In this document: positions 26,425 through 38,975 of the stretch, piece after piece
How positions within the stretch are numbered: position 1 is the first letter of the stretch
Layout of the letters: every line of letters starts with the position of its first letter
Origin: Anthoceros angustus
Lineage: Eukaryota; Plantae; Anthocerotophyta
Reading direction: 5' to 3'
Length of the DNA: 64,000 nucleotides
Assembly (NCBI GenBank): GCA_010909165.1
Contig: VJWM01000044.1
Location: forward strand, 1-64,000
Notes under the pieces: generated by a model
The model's input: only the letters and a program-made list of their open reading frames with translations
Told to the model about the DNA's origin: nothing
Databases searched by the model: none
Program-made: the position numbers and the translations under genes

Positions 26425-28979
26425 TCAGTTGGAGACATCACCATTGTTTTCCTTTGCCCATTTCCTCATGATCCTCAGGATGTATTCAACCTAGTTAAAA
26501 CGTAGCAAACGCATGTGAGCAGGAAAAGTGGTTGGGTGTCGGGCAAGTGAATGGACGTGGCAAGAGGAGTTAAGGGCCATCACTTGAGGATGTGTAGAGT
26601 CGCTGAGCAGGAGGATGACGTCCCGTAAACTTTCTCTGGGTTCTTGTCCTGCAATAACCTTTTGGAACACACCGACACAAGCTCCCCGCTTTCCCTCCCA
26701 GAATTCACCAGAATCTTCCATTTTTTCCAAAGCATCAAATGCTTTGGCAGCGCACAGATATTGGCCAGTTCGGTAGCTTTCATTGGCAATTAGCTGCAGT
26801 ATGCTGGTGCGGTAAAATCAAGTCAAACGGAGTCGAGTTTCTCACTTCTCCCATGGCAATGTGGGTGTGAAAATGGGGAAGGTGTACCTGCAGGTGTCAT
26901 CAACAGTCTCCAGTTGAAGGTAATGCTCCCAGGCAACTTGAGCCTTGCCATTCATGATCAAGCAATGCAAGAGCCATGCCAGGTAACAGTAATCCTCTCG
27001 ATACTTTTCGCTGCAAATGAGGAGCAAGCTCTCCTCAGCCTCAGCGTAGTCTCCGGTCGCAGCTTTTGCCATGCCATAGTTCCAGTTGAAATCATCCTGG
27101 TTGTCTGAGTAAGCTTTGATAGACTGCAATTGGATAATCACCTGGTGAAAAATCACGTTCGCGCAGCTCGCAAAACGTGAAGCCACGAAGAGGGTGATCT
27201 CACTGGGTAGATGTTATCAACCTTCAGATAGACCAGAGCCTCTTCGAATTGCTTGAGCAAGATAAAGCAGGAAGCCATGCACTGTCGCCCTGGTATGGTG
27301 TCGCATTCACTGCTGGATGCTCCAACAAGCCGATAATATTGCTCTGCTTGTTTGATGAGCTCCATATTGTCAGTTTCTTGGCCCAAGCTTGCACAGGCAA
27401 CCGCTTTCAGAATGTACTCCTGGGGTGTTGAAGGATCCAAACTTTTGACCATGTCATACGCTTGCCGAACTTCTGCAGCCGTCGGTTCACTCTCTCAGCA
27501 TAAGGCGGGACATGCTCAAACAAAAGCTGTGGTCAACATGCTGACCGCTATTTCGCAGGTAGTAAATCACAAGGTTCTGTCGGGCTTCAGGCAAGATATC
27601 TATCAAAGGTGGGAGTACCTGCATTTGAGACAGCCAAACAAAGTAAGGGAAATGTACATGATTGAATGGGTTGCACCCACTGCCGCTGGTGTATTGGTAC
27701 CTGCAAAGCTCCTTCACCGTTTCGGAAAACCACACGATTGTGCCTCAGGAGGCCATTTTCCTTAACCGCATCCTCCAAATTTTTGAGGTCTGCCTCTGCA
27801 GTCTTGCCATTGTACAGCTTGAAATTGTTGCAAGCCTGAGCATGACCAAATGTTTAATCAGGTGTTACCGTTGCGCAGGCCACGCCAACAGCCACGGGAT
27901 TACAACACAAGGAAACAGATTGCCCGCACCTTCACATTCACAGCGAGAGCACTTTCTGGGTGAACCTGCAGACAAGACAACGACGCACTTGGGTGAGTAG
28001 TGGGAAGGCTGCAGGGTGTAACATCTGATACAGGTGCATGTTTCACCTGCAAGTAGGCATTCAGGATCTCCAAGCTCACATCAAAGTAGTCCAGGTTGTA
28101 GTAGCACAAACCCACATACACATTCAAGGCCAGCCAATCCCTACAGACAACAGGGACAACCTATCAACTGTGGCAGCCCTGACAATCACTACCCACTTCA
28201 CATACAGACTACAAGCGCTTAGCAGGAGCGGACGAGTGAATTGTTCAAGATCACGACAAGTGCTTGCCTATGGTCAAGCAGGAGACGCTTGTAGATGTCA
28301 GTCGCCTCCTGATAATGGGAGCGCATGTAATGAATTGAGGCAAGGCTGAGTTGATCCTCTGTGCCTTCCCCCAGCTTTCCATGGTAATCTATCAATTTTT
28401 GCTCATCATTCTGCCTGTGTGCAATGTGGAACAATATCCGCACCTGCAGAGGGCACTCCGGACCTGGACCAGCTCCCAGCAACCTTCAGCATGACACGAC
28501 GCAACCAAGTACACATGTCTGGAAACGAGGGGCCTTGGGCTGTGACAACCTGCCAATGCGGACTTCTCCGCATCCGCGTAGAGCCCCATGTAGAAGAAGC
28601 ACGCTGCTGCGTAGGTGTGATTCATCTGATGGGCGTTCGGGTCCTCCAAGACCTGCTTGAACAAATCCAGAGCCTTGTCGTGCTCCCCATGGTGGAAACT
28701 GCAGTATGCGAGCCACTCAAGCGTCTTCCGGTCTGAAGGTTCTGCCTGCCATTTCAAGACTAAGGCTCCCTCACAAAATAATGCGACACTCGGGTGCAAG
28801 GAAGTGGGCGAATTACGATGCAAGCGTACCAGGTGCTTGAAGCGAAGCAAAGCCAGGGCTCCAGAGTAATCCCTAGACTCCAGGAACTGCTCCAATGCTG
28901 GCACTGCCCGCTGCGAGCCCTGGGATCGACTTCTCTCTCCGTGAGCTGAGACGGACGAGCGGGCCTTGGACAAGATCAT
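26425..28979 (-). CDS. IFT56: Intraflagellar transport protein 56 (TTC26/DYF-13), TPR protein, multi-exon
   Basis: MILSKAR...[17 protein letters not shown]; [26 protein letters not shown]; [39 protein letters not shown]; [16 protein letters not shown]; [15 protein letters not shown]; last exon [21 protein letters not shown]. Confidence 0.95.
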
Positions 28980-29698
28980 GGTTTAGCGTACCCAAATTCA
29001 ATCACAGTTTACTGTTCAAAGCAATCCAATTCCAGGAATCCAGCAGACCGTTCCAAGAACAGAGATGGGTGTTCGCTGCTCTGCAGTCCCGAACGTGCAC
29101 CTGACGAGACACCCCCTGGTATGCACATGGTCACGTCTATCTATAAAGTCTGGCATCCTCCACACTCATCGGAACGTGCTCCACATCCATTGCAGAGCCC
29201 TCAAATCAACTTGCAACCACCCTCCCTTTTCCGATTCCGTCAGTTATGCTGTTCCACATCCTCGTGGAGTGTGGGCATAAACCGGTGAGCAAGCCCGAGG
29301 AGTCAGGCCCATCTGCCGTGCAGGGAATCCGAACACAAGACAATACTTCAATCGATAAGTCCTGGATTCCTGCACGAAGCCTGGCCGCCTACCGGATCAT
29401 TCCCTGACGCCACGGAGTGACATGCTGGCTTGAGAGTGCCCGGGCGGTAACAACCCAACCCTACCTACCGATTTCGCACCAAAACAAACCACCCCCTCCC
29501 GCCGCCACCCCACGCCCACCCCTACCCCTGAACTGGGAGCTCACCAACTCCACATCGAGCCATTTACTCATCAAACATACCAATCGGGCCAATGACGTGC
29601 GAGCTAGTGCGTGTTGCTCAATTCCATCCTCCATCGCGGTGTGGATCAGCCATGACACAGCAGGCCTGGGCCGCTCGCTGGCCAACAAGTGCAGGAAG

Positions 29699-29706
29699 CT
29701 ATAAAA
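29699..29706 (+). promoter_or_regulatory. Putative TATA box of the secreted repeat-peptide gene
   Basis: ctataaaa about 40-48 bp upstream of ATG 29747. Confidence 0.45.
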
Positions 29707-29746
29707 TGCTTCCTTTACCCTTCTCTCATCACCACTAGCAGCTGCC

Positions 29747-30169
29747 ATGGCGTTTACACATCTCACCACCGCGGGTCTTGCACTGCTCGCCTTTCTTCTG
29801 GTGGCCGTGAAATGCCAAATAATACCTCCTCATGGCGGGGACATTCTGCGCCCTCTCACATTCACGGACGGAGCCGACACAGCTGTGAAGGGAGGAGGCA
29901 ACGCCGACGGAGACATTATCTTGCCAGTCCCACGCAGCCCTGGCAACCTTCCAGACCCCATCGACCTATCAAACACGAGAAAAGGCGACGGCCAAGGAGA
30001 CGTCAGCTTGCCCATCCCAATTGCCCATCCTCGTCGGGCAGGCAACCCTCCGGACCCCATCGACCTATCTGCCACGAGACAAGGCGACAGCCAAGGAGAC
30101 GTCGGCTTGCCCATCCCAGGTAGCCATCCTCGTCGGGGAAGCCGCACTCCAGCACTCGGGAATACATAG
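29747..30169 (+). CDS. Small secreted protein (140 aa) with two 33-aa tandem repeats; candidate peptide precursor
   Basis: Good ATG context (gccATGg) and a hydrophobic signal-like N-terminus (AGLALLAFLLVAVKC). A 99-bp in-frame tandem repeat encodes GN(L/P)PDPIDLSxTR(K/Q)GDxQGDVxLPIPxxHPRR, with an additional diverged upstream unit. Confidence 0.7.
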   Translation: MAFTHLTTAGLALLAFLLVAVKCQIIPPHGGDILRPLTFTDGADTAVKGGGNADGDIILPVPRSPGNLPDPIDLSNTRKGDGQGDVSLPIPIAHPRRAGNPPDPIDLSATRQGDSQGDVGLPIPGSHPRRGSRTPALGNT

Positions 30170-30809
30170 ATTGTAACAAGCTCCGCTTTCAACTGTAATT
30201 CTATGTGCGGTAAGACGCAATTTCACTACCTGCTAGCGCACACGTCTGCGTAAGGCAAGAACTTGCAAGTCATCATCGGGGCTTGCTTTGCAGCTTTGTA
30301 TACAATACCTGCTAGCTGCTTGGGATTACAGTACCATACAATACTTAAGAACTTGCCGGACTTCTATTAAGACACGGCTGCTGTAGGCCTTGAAATAATC
30401 AGATGCTTTGCCTTCCTTCTCTGGACACACGAAAGAATACTTTCCGTTAAGTCGTACATGGCTACTATAGGACTACACGAGTGAAAACAACCTACCAGCT
30501 GGGCATAGTCAGTGTGCCGTCCTGTCGGTAGAGGATGGAGTTTGGCTCCTAGATTCGAGCATACATTCAAACAAAAAACGAGATCCATCCAGTTCAGATG
30601 CAGACTAGCAAGAAGGATCTGTGCGACGCGAGTCACCGAGATGCTCGCGTGGAAATGAAGAGGCATGTCAGAGCGGACCTCAGCTTTCTAGTGGGGCATG
30701 GGAGCTGCTTTCAGAAGTACGTCTTGCGTTTATAAGCGCAACAAATTCCACATTTGCTCTGCCCTTCCACACAGTGACTGCCTCTGGAAGCGGCGCCGCT
30801 TCGTGCAGG

Positions 30810-32628
30810 ATGGAGACTTCTCGTAGAATCCGATGGCTTGCGCTCCTCGTCGTGCTCACCGCGTGTGCGTCACCATCCTGTGCCAAGGGGATCGGCCAAG
30901 TGGACAACATCATCACTCGGTGGAATGCGGTGAACCAGCAGGTGCCGCAAACATCACTGTATCTTCCAGCAATTCAGAATCTGATCCATAGGCGACCATG
31001 CCAATGCTGTGCAGGTGACGAGGACCGTGGGAATTCCAAATCAGATCGCGGCGCGCATCTTCTCCCTGCTGCACGTCTCCCAGTACAAGGCCCTGCAGCT
31101 GGCTTACAAGAGGGGCGTCCCGCACCCGGACGCGGCTGCTGCCTACGCTGCGCACTACGTTCTCTCTGAGTGAGTCCCGCTCCCTGCTCCCTGCTCCGCA
31201 GGAGAGACGTCACATTTTATTGGAACCAGAAACATGGTTGATTGTGCAGGATCTTCCCAGCGCAGCAGTCGCAGATCTTCGACGGCCTCCTCGCCGACGA
31301 GATCTACCCCTTGAAGCTCTCCGGCAAGCAGGATACCGAGATCCGAGCCATCGGCTTGACGTTCGCTAAAGAGCTGCTGAAATCAAGGTGTGTGAACTTC
31401 AAGCCTGCAATGTGCTTGTCCCTGCCAATTGCTCAAACCACATCAAACAACAAACACAAGCCAACAAAACACGGCATGTGCATGACTGGCACCGGGCACT
31501 GTCTTCTTTCAGGACCTCCGACGGGAGCCAGAATTGGTACAAATTCAAAGTAGCGCCTCCCGGCAGCCCCGCCGGGCAGTACCAGTACACCCCGAACCAA
31601 ACATTCCTGGTCTACCCGCAGCTCAAGGACACCAAGCCGTTTGTAAGCAAGCCGGTGAAGGCATACGACATCTACGGCGGGCCGCCGAAGATTCCCAGCG
31701 CCCGGTACAACGCCGACTACAACACGTTGGCCGAAGTAGGCGACGCCAGCGCTCCCACGCACACTCTGGCGGAGTCGGAAACAGCCTGGTTCTGGGAAGA
31801 CGCTGCTGGTGAGGGCACGCATCCGCCGCTGCAATTGCCGCCAGAATCTGCACTTCAATTCCTTTTTTGAATTTCTTTCTCCGCTTGCTGTGCTTGCAGG
31901 CACAGCGCAGCTGGCCAGCCACCTGTTCAACGTGAGCATCGCAGCCGTGGGGAAGAAGCTCACGGTGAAGGAGACGGCGAGGCTGTTCGCCAATTTGGCT
32001 GTGGCCAACTTCGAGGCGCACATCGCCGTGTGGTACCAGAAATACAAGTACCTCTTCTGGCGGCCGGTGACGGCGTTCCGGCAGGGCGATCCCAGACACA
32101 AGCCGCGGCCGGGATTCCGGTCCGCCATCAACCCGCCGGCGGAGCCCGAGTACCCGAGCGGCCATGGCGCGTCCGGGGGAGCGTACGCGGCCATAGTGTC
32201 GGGATTTCTAGGCAAGGCGCCCGGAGACGCGGCCCCAAACGGGCCGTATGTGGTCGCCACCGAGTCGCCCCACAACCTACCCCCGCGCACCTTCACAACT
32301 ATCGACGAGCCGGCCAAGCAAATTCCTATCAGCCGGTACGATTCAATACGCTTTTTCTCTCTGCCCTAAACCAACACATTCTCGTTTCACATCCTCAGGA
32401 TCCGACCTGCTGTCTGGCTTGCAGGGTTTATGGAGGAATTCATTTTCCCAACTCCGCTCAAGTCGGCTACAGGCTCGGATTCGCTGTGAGTTCTACCACC
32501 TGTCTCTGTTGTCCGATACGTTGCATTTGGCTTCACATAATACTTGTTTGAACGCACAACACGGCGTTCTTGTGCAGGTTGGCAAGTACGACTGGGAACA
32601 CTTTGAAGAAGTGTATGGGGCGCTGTAA
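30810..32628 (+). CDS. Secreted vanadium-dependent haloperoxidase-like / PAP2-superfamily enzyme (7 exons)
   Basis: Signal peptide METSRRIRWLALLVVLTACASPSCA. N-terminal IITRWN...AARIFSLLHVSQY...AAAYAAHYVL. Active-site motifs KYKYLFWRP, PEYPSGHG and SRVYGGIHF assemble through six short GT-AG introns; stop at 32628. Confidence 0.85.
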
Positions 32629-32939
32629 TAATCGACATTTGTGTTAAAATGATTACCCAATTAAAGCTTCTCATGTAGCCATTTTCACCACCTTCGGATG
32701 TTCATATACCGACGAAAGTGTGATCGTAGCATTTATCAACAACACTCACCGTTGCTGCTACTCGGGGGCCTTGGAAGGCCCGTGCGGAGCGGCCACCAAC
32801 ATATGTATCTACATGGCGATTCACACCAGGGGCTGTGATCTCTTCGGCCGCAAAACTGCCCAATTGAATGATAAAAACTGCAGCTCTGGTTTCAGCCACA
32901 GCAAATAAAAATTGAATCTACGTATACAATTGACAATGG

Positions 32940-35900
32940 CTATTTCCACTTCTCTGTTAGGTCCTTCCTTTCCGACCAAACCCAGGTAACTGCGATTCCA
33001 ACCAGCAACGCTACAATAGTTATCAGCAGAAGTGCATAGCTGAACTCCTCGGTTAAAGAATCGTAGATCTTGGATGGTGCCGTCCTGGTGTAGAACACGT
33101 CCAAACCATAGGCGAAGACTAGTGACGTCGATTCAAGACCAGCTGGAAATGTTACAATCCCTCTCAAGCCCTCTACTTGGTGAACATGTGTCAGATATGC
33201 CTGCAGAAACACAGCTGTCAGTAACACGGAAGAGTCCCCGTAGTGCTGTCTCACATTAATATGTCACAAGAAATGATCATGGGATCTGATAAAGGGCTTA
33301 TTTCTTCTACCTGAGGGAAAATGGGGAGAGCATCTGTGTGCGGGATTATGCCCTCCTCCTTTTCAGCTGCTGTTGGGTTCAAAGTTCTTCGAGGGTCCAA
33401 CAAACGTTTGTCTAGTGCTAGCACCTGCAATCACAGTTAGGAATCAAGAGGATAATCAGATCAGGTTCACCCACTTTATGTGGGTGTAGGTTTTGACTTT
33501 GAAGCACACAAACCTGATCTGTGACGGTGCCCACAAGAACTTGCTTGGATGTTATACCACGAGCAGTGTCTGTAACTGTCATGGCCTTGACCGTGTAGGT
33601 GAAGAAATAGCTCTGACTTTTGACCTCGAGACCAGGATTTGAGAAAGAAGACACAGCACTAGATACATTATGCCTTCCAAGGATTAGAGGTAGCAAACCC
33701 ATGTCTCCCTGCATCAGCATGTTCAAACTTATGAAGACTTCGAAGCACTTTAACAGTTAGGTGGATTAAGCACGCCCACAAGGCCCACAAAATGCAACAA
33801 GTCCCTTACCAGTCGTGATTTCTCATAGACTTCCAGGACAGACATCTCATGGCGACTTGTTCTCAGGTTGAAAGCATTGAAAACTATCCAGTTCTCACTA
33901 AACACCTGCACAAACACAGAAGAGCTGTGAGCGGAAGTTGCAACATGCAGCAGGCACTACACTTAACACTCTACCTTCCACGCAGAAACAGGTATTGGGC
34001 CTTTTAGACATTACCGCATGCACAGGGCCTATCAAATGGTGATATGTGACACGATGGAGGATCCGTCCTGTGACAGTATCAATTAGGTAGGCTACTACCC
34101 AGTTCTTGTCTGGTGTCACAGCTCCGAGGGACCCAGGACTGTGAGGTGCAACAGTGGCGACAAAGACTGTATTCCTATTTAGATACTTGTACAAGACATC
34201 CCGATTACTTAGCACCTTTGTTTGTGTGTGAACTATCTGGACAAAGTACGCAGCACACAAGCTGTTAGGAAATAGCAGTTAGGAAATTGTTGACAGGCAC
34301 CTGCAGAAAGAAGCACAGAAATAGAACCACACAGTACCTCATCTAGTCGTCTGGAAACAACTGTTGATATTGTTTCCGTCTCTGAAGGAAACACAACTGT
34401 CCAAAGCTTCTCTGAATGAAATACTGGCCCTTCGTTTGTATCCAACACAGATTGGACGCCTTTCCTCACTGTAAACCCAGTTATCACACCCCTCTCTTGG
34501 TCCACTGCATAATGATAAGTTTCAGGGACACGAGTTTGGAAGAGGTCAAGGCTCTCCTGGGAAGCGGGAAACAGATGTGCCTTTAATTGATTATCGATTA
34601 AGAGGTGCAGGCGTTGCTCTGATGCATCTGTAACTGGAAGAGGAATAACCTGCTTAACAGGGTACCTTAAGCGCACATGCCTCAGTTCAACTCCCAAGCG
34701 CACATCCACCCAGGACAAGACACCGGGAGCATCTGCAGATGGACCCAACTTGCCTAGAACTAGCACCACAGGGTTCTCATCCAGGGCATGCTGGTGAGGT
34801 ATCTGCCATGGCACAAAGCTCACAGGAATAGCATAGCTCCCATCATCATGGCTTCTAAACGCTGGTACTAGGACAGACCAAACGATATGCCCATCTCCAC
34901 TGTGCAGGGCAAGCAATTTCCCTGCCTTCGTCAACACGATAAGAAGCTTGCGGAAACCATTGTGGTCTCTTGTCATCTTTGTCTTGTCTGCACTATGCAG
35001 TTGCAATGCCTTCAATGATTCCTTGTCTTCAGGGGTAGCCAGCATCAGTGTCGCCTTGAGCTTCAGCCAATGTCCCTGTTGGGAGATAACAAATTTCAAT
35101 ACAATAAAGACCACATGGGAAGGGCATTCTGCGAAAAAGCACAGATGGAACACCTCTTACCTTCAGCCACTCAACAAGTCCATGTTCAACTTCTGAGACT
35201 GAGACCCCCTCAAGCTCAGGTGGCAAGTCAGCAGTTTCTGTATCAAGGATAGCTCCAAGGCCATCTTCCCTCACCCATACAACCTCCCCTTGCTGGAGAA
35301 GTGACAATGAGCTGTCCTCCCCGACAACCAGAGCCCTAAATCCATGGGATCTGTCTTTCCGGGTGTATGAATTCAAAAAAATCCCGCGCATAGACCCCCT
35401 GTGGTATGGCAGGGACAAGCCATCCTTGGCAAGTTCATCCTTAAAATCAGAAGCTTCCACAACCCGGAAAGAAAAGTCCTGGTGAGTGCTGTTGCCACTC
35501 TCACTCTGAAATATTGCAACTGCATGCTTGTTATCAACAAGTCCCAAACTCTCACTTATACCACCTGGTTGTCTGATTGTCTCCAAAGTATGAAACTTCC
35601 CATTTGCACCATGCTTCAAAATCAAGATCTTGCTTTTGATCCTCAAAGCGAATGCGCCTTCAAGTCGCAGTGGTAGAAGCACTGCATGGCTTGACGTAGA
35701 TGCAAATAGGCTTCCCACTGCAGTTTGAGTCAGTTTTTCATGTTGATCACCGACAAGGCTACCTGTCAAGATGGTGGAGCCTTCGGAGTTGATGGCCACA
35801 AGCACATCGTTGATGAGCACCACTGCCTCAGTTGATAAAATTCCAGAGAAGTGAAACCGTTTGGTATCGGTAACCTTCCCTGTCAAGAGATCCACAACAG

Positions 35901-37024
35901 CTACAGCTAACTCTGAGGTACCGACAAAGCCAGCAGCAATGACTCCTGTTTTGTCATTTGAGAGCTGTAGGAGCCGAATGCTGACATCCTCACTAACAAT
36001 AGCCACCACCATATCAATGGGCAGTCATGTCCTCTCAGAAGCTGCACAGCAACAGCCAGCAACTCAACAAGATCCAGGTCGTTCCTCCTACTCACCTATT
36101 ACTTGAGACATCGGTCTTCCACAGCGTTCCCCCATCAAGAACTGAAATTGCAGAAATAGTGCTACCCGATGCCACAAATAAGTCGTGGATCCTATCATTG
36201 TTAATGTCAACCTGAAAGACAACCAACCCACTTGAGTTTTCCGTCCAAGATTTGAGTTTGAGATCACAGGTCTACAAGGCCAAATGCAGCTCCTTACGTC
36301 TGACACCAGCAAGATGGGCGGAGTGTTTGAGAGGGGCACACGAGCTTCCCACACAAGGCCTCCATCATTTTCATTCCAGGCTCTTACGCTACTCCCACCC
36401 GACACGGAGATGATGTCTGCAACGAGGTACATACCCTACGTATCAGATTCTCACAATTAATCTCAAGTAGCATCAAAATAAACAATACAGCACATACGAA
36501 TCAGCTCCAGCCTTACACTTCTTATGTATGTACTCCAGAGCGTCGATGTGATCATTAACACCCAACACCTTCCTCCAAACTGCTCAAATATCCAAGCGAG
36601 GAAACACGGTAAGACCACGACTACACTGGACAATGCGCACTCTTCAAGACGCAGCACATGAATTCCCTGACACAATCACATACAGATCTCGCCGGTGCGG
36701 AGATTCAAGGAAGCTACTGCATGTTCCTCGGTTGCCACGAACACGCGCCTCACCCCCGCGCTCCGTGTTTGAAATGCAGCATGCGTCACCCTCCCAAGGT
36801 ACTGCTGATGCCTGCATCTCCCACCACAGAGCTGAACATCAATACCACGCCTGGAAATCCACCAACTCCTGCGCCACCACAAGCGGCAGCTAGCAGAATT
36901 ACCAGTCCCATTGTCCGACTTGATCTTCATACAGAGCTCGGCAGGGCACCACCACTGCCAGCAAGACAAGCACCAACAACATCCCCAGCCTGACGCTGAC
37001 AGCGCCAGGCATCACTGTTGCCAT
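32940..37024 (-). CDS. EMC1: ER membrane protein complex subunit 1 (multi-exon)
   Basis: Signal peptide then ALYEDQVGQWDW|HQQYLG; WVREDGL; RDHNGFRKLLIVLTKAGKLLALHSGDG; VLYKYLNRN; LESTSLVFAYGLDVFYTRTAPSKIYDSLTEEFSY plus a C-terminal TM segment ending KWK*. ATG at 37024 or 37012. Confidence 0.95.
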
Positions 37025-37475
37025 TGTTCTAGAACGCCTGCGACTGCAGCTCATGGGCAACAGCACCCATGCCACTGAAGTCCCTTGGGAAGACTGTAGG
37101 TCTGAACCTAACCCTAGAATTAATTTTTTTCTCGTGGTGTCTTATTACAAATGTGCCTTCAGTGCCGATCGGGAGGTTACCTAGACTAGTAGGCATCTCG
37201 GCATCTCACTCGGTTGTGAGTGACAAGCAACTAACATACCTTTATGGGAATAGGTAGTGGCCCAAAATGTGCGTTGAGTATGGATCGGGAAGTGCCTAGA
37301 CTGATAGATTTTTCTTTAATTCAATATTTTGAAAATAAATGAAAACAAACCCGTGGGAGAAATCTTCAACAAGGGTTCTGATTCCCCTATGTTTTCACAA
37401 CGTAACATCGCAACAGGTAGACTGGTAGGTATCGCGGCATCCCACTCGGTTGTGAGTGATAAGGCTGCTACTATC

Positions 37476-38929
37476 TATGGAATACCGATCTCGTTACGAA
37501 GCCCTTTAGGGTTTTTTTCGATGGTGACAAGTTTTCCACCGTATGCGTGGAAAACTTGATGTCTACACTTATCGACATCTCGGCTCGCCTGCCTGTGTCC
37601 CGATCTCGTCACTAATATGGAATACCGATCTAAATCACTAAGCCGGTGTGTGACAAGTTTTTTCTTCAGATTCTACATGAAGATGCCTGCCCATCTTCAA
37701 GATTCCTTCATCACATACGTGCCACATCAGCACACGACGGGTCGTAGGCACCGCAAAGTTTTTTTGTCTGGCAACATGCCCCCTCGTGTTCCGGTCTCGT
37801 CATCTACTTTTCTTTCTGCCATTTAGGGTTTTTGTCAAACACACATACTCCTGTTTAGGGTTTTATGCACCACACATGGACATATATATCGGATCGGACA
37901 TGTCTCGGCCCCGGTGGAAGCCCTCGACTGTGGGCATGTTAGTCGTTCAAGACTACGCTTCCCTTTCACCGTCATGCTGACAATGTGGATTTCTTTGTTC
38001 TGTTCTTTTGAGACATGAGTCTAGTGGTGGCTTTCTTCTGGTCGAATGTAAAGTCTGCATCTGTGAAGATGTTGTGGGCAATCGCGCGAGGCCTGTATGG
38101 GTGCCAAATGCAATTCTTGTGAGCACGGATAGGCTCTTGGCTTGGTCGCGAGATGGCCTCCGAACTATCGACCACAAAGGCATGTATGGCTGCGAAAGGC
38201 AGTGGCACTCGACGCGGATGGCTCCTCCTCCCTAATCCTCCTGGATGGCCATAAAGGCCTGGTGACGGTTTCCTTACGGCAAACTGACGGGCAGATGGGG
38301 TCATGCGAATGGATGTGTATGGATGTGCGAAGGCCCATGTTCTGGCAGCCCTAAAATAGAAAACCCTGTGTGTCACAACCTAAAAAGAATCTTCACACAC
38401 ACACACCACAGGCTTGGTGACGAGATCGGGACACGAGTGGCGGCCACGGTGATGTCGTCAAGAAATATCGAGTTTTCCGCCAGTATGCGGCAGGAAAACT
38501 TCTTTTGTCACTATCGAAAAAAACCCTAAAGGGCTTGGTGACGAGATCGGTATTCCATACACTAAGCCTGTGGTGTGTGTGTGAAGATTCTTTTTAGGTT
38601 GTGACACACAAGGTTTTCTTTTTTAGGGCTATCAGAATATGGGCCTTCGCACATCCATTCGCATGATACCATCTGCCCGTCAGTTTGCCATAAGGAAACT
38701 GTCACCAGGCCTTTATGGCAGATAGCGTGGAGGAGTCATCCGCACCGAGCGCCACTACCTTTTGCAACCATACAAGCCTTTGTGGCTGATAGCCTGGAGG
38801 CGCCATCTACGCCTCGCTATCTATGTGATGAAGGAATCTTGAAGATGCGCAGGCATCTTCATGTAGAATACCGGAAGAAAAAAACTTGTCACACACACCC
38901 GGCTTAGTGACGAGATCGGTATTCCATAC
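37476..38929. repeat. Cluster of three interleaved inverted-repeat pairs (non-autonomous foldback/MITE-like TE remnants)
   Basis: 37476-37612 is the reverse complement of ~38417-38560; 37616-37716 of ~38822-38929; ~38165-38415 of ~38560-38790. Shared terminal motif tatggaataccgatct(cg)tcac. Confidence 0.85.
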
Positions 38930-38975
38930 CAATGTACATATATGTGCAGCCTACTTATTCGCGAGTGCTGCCTAA

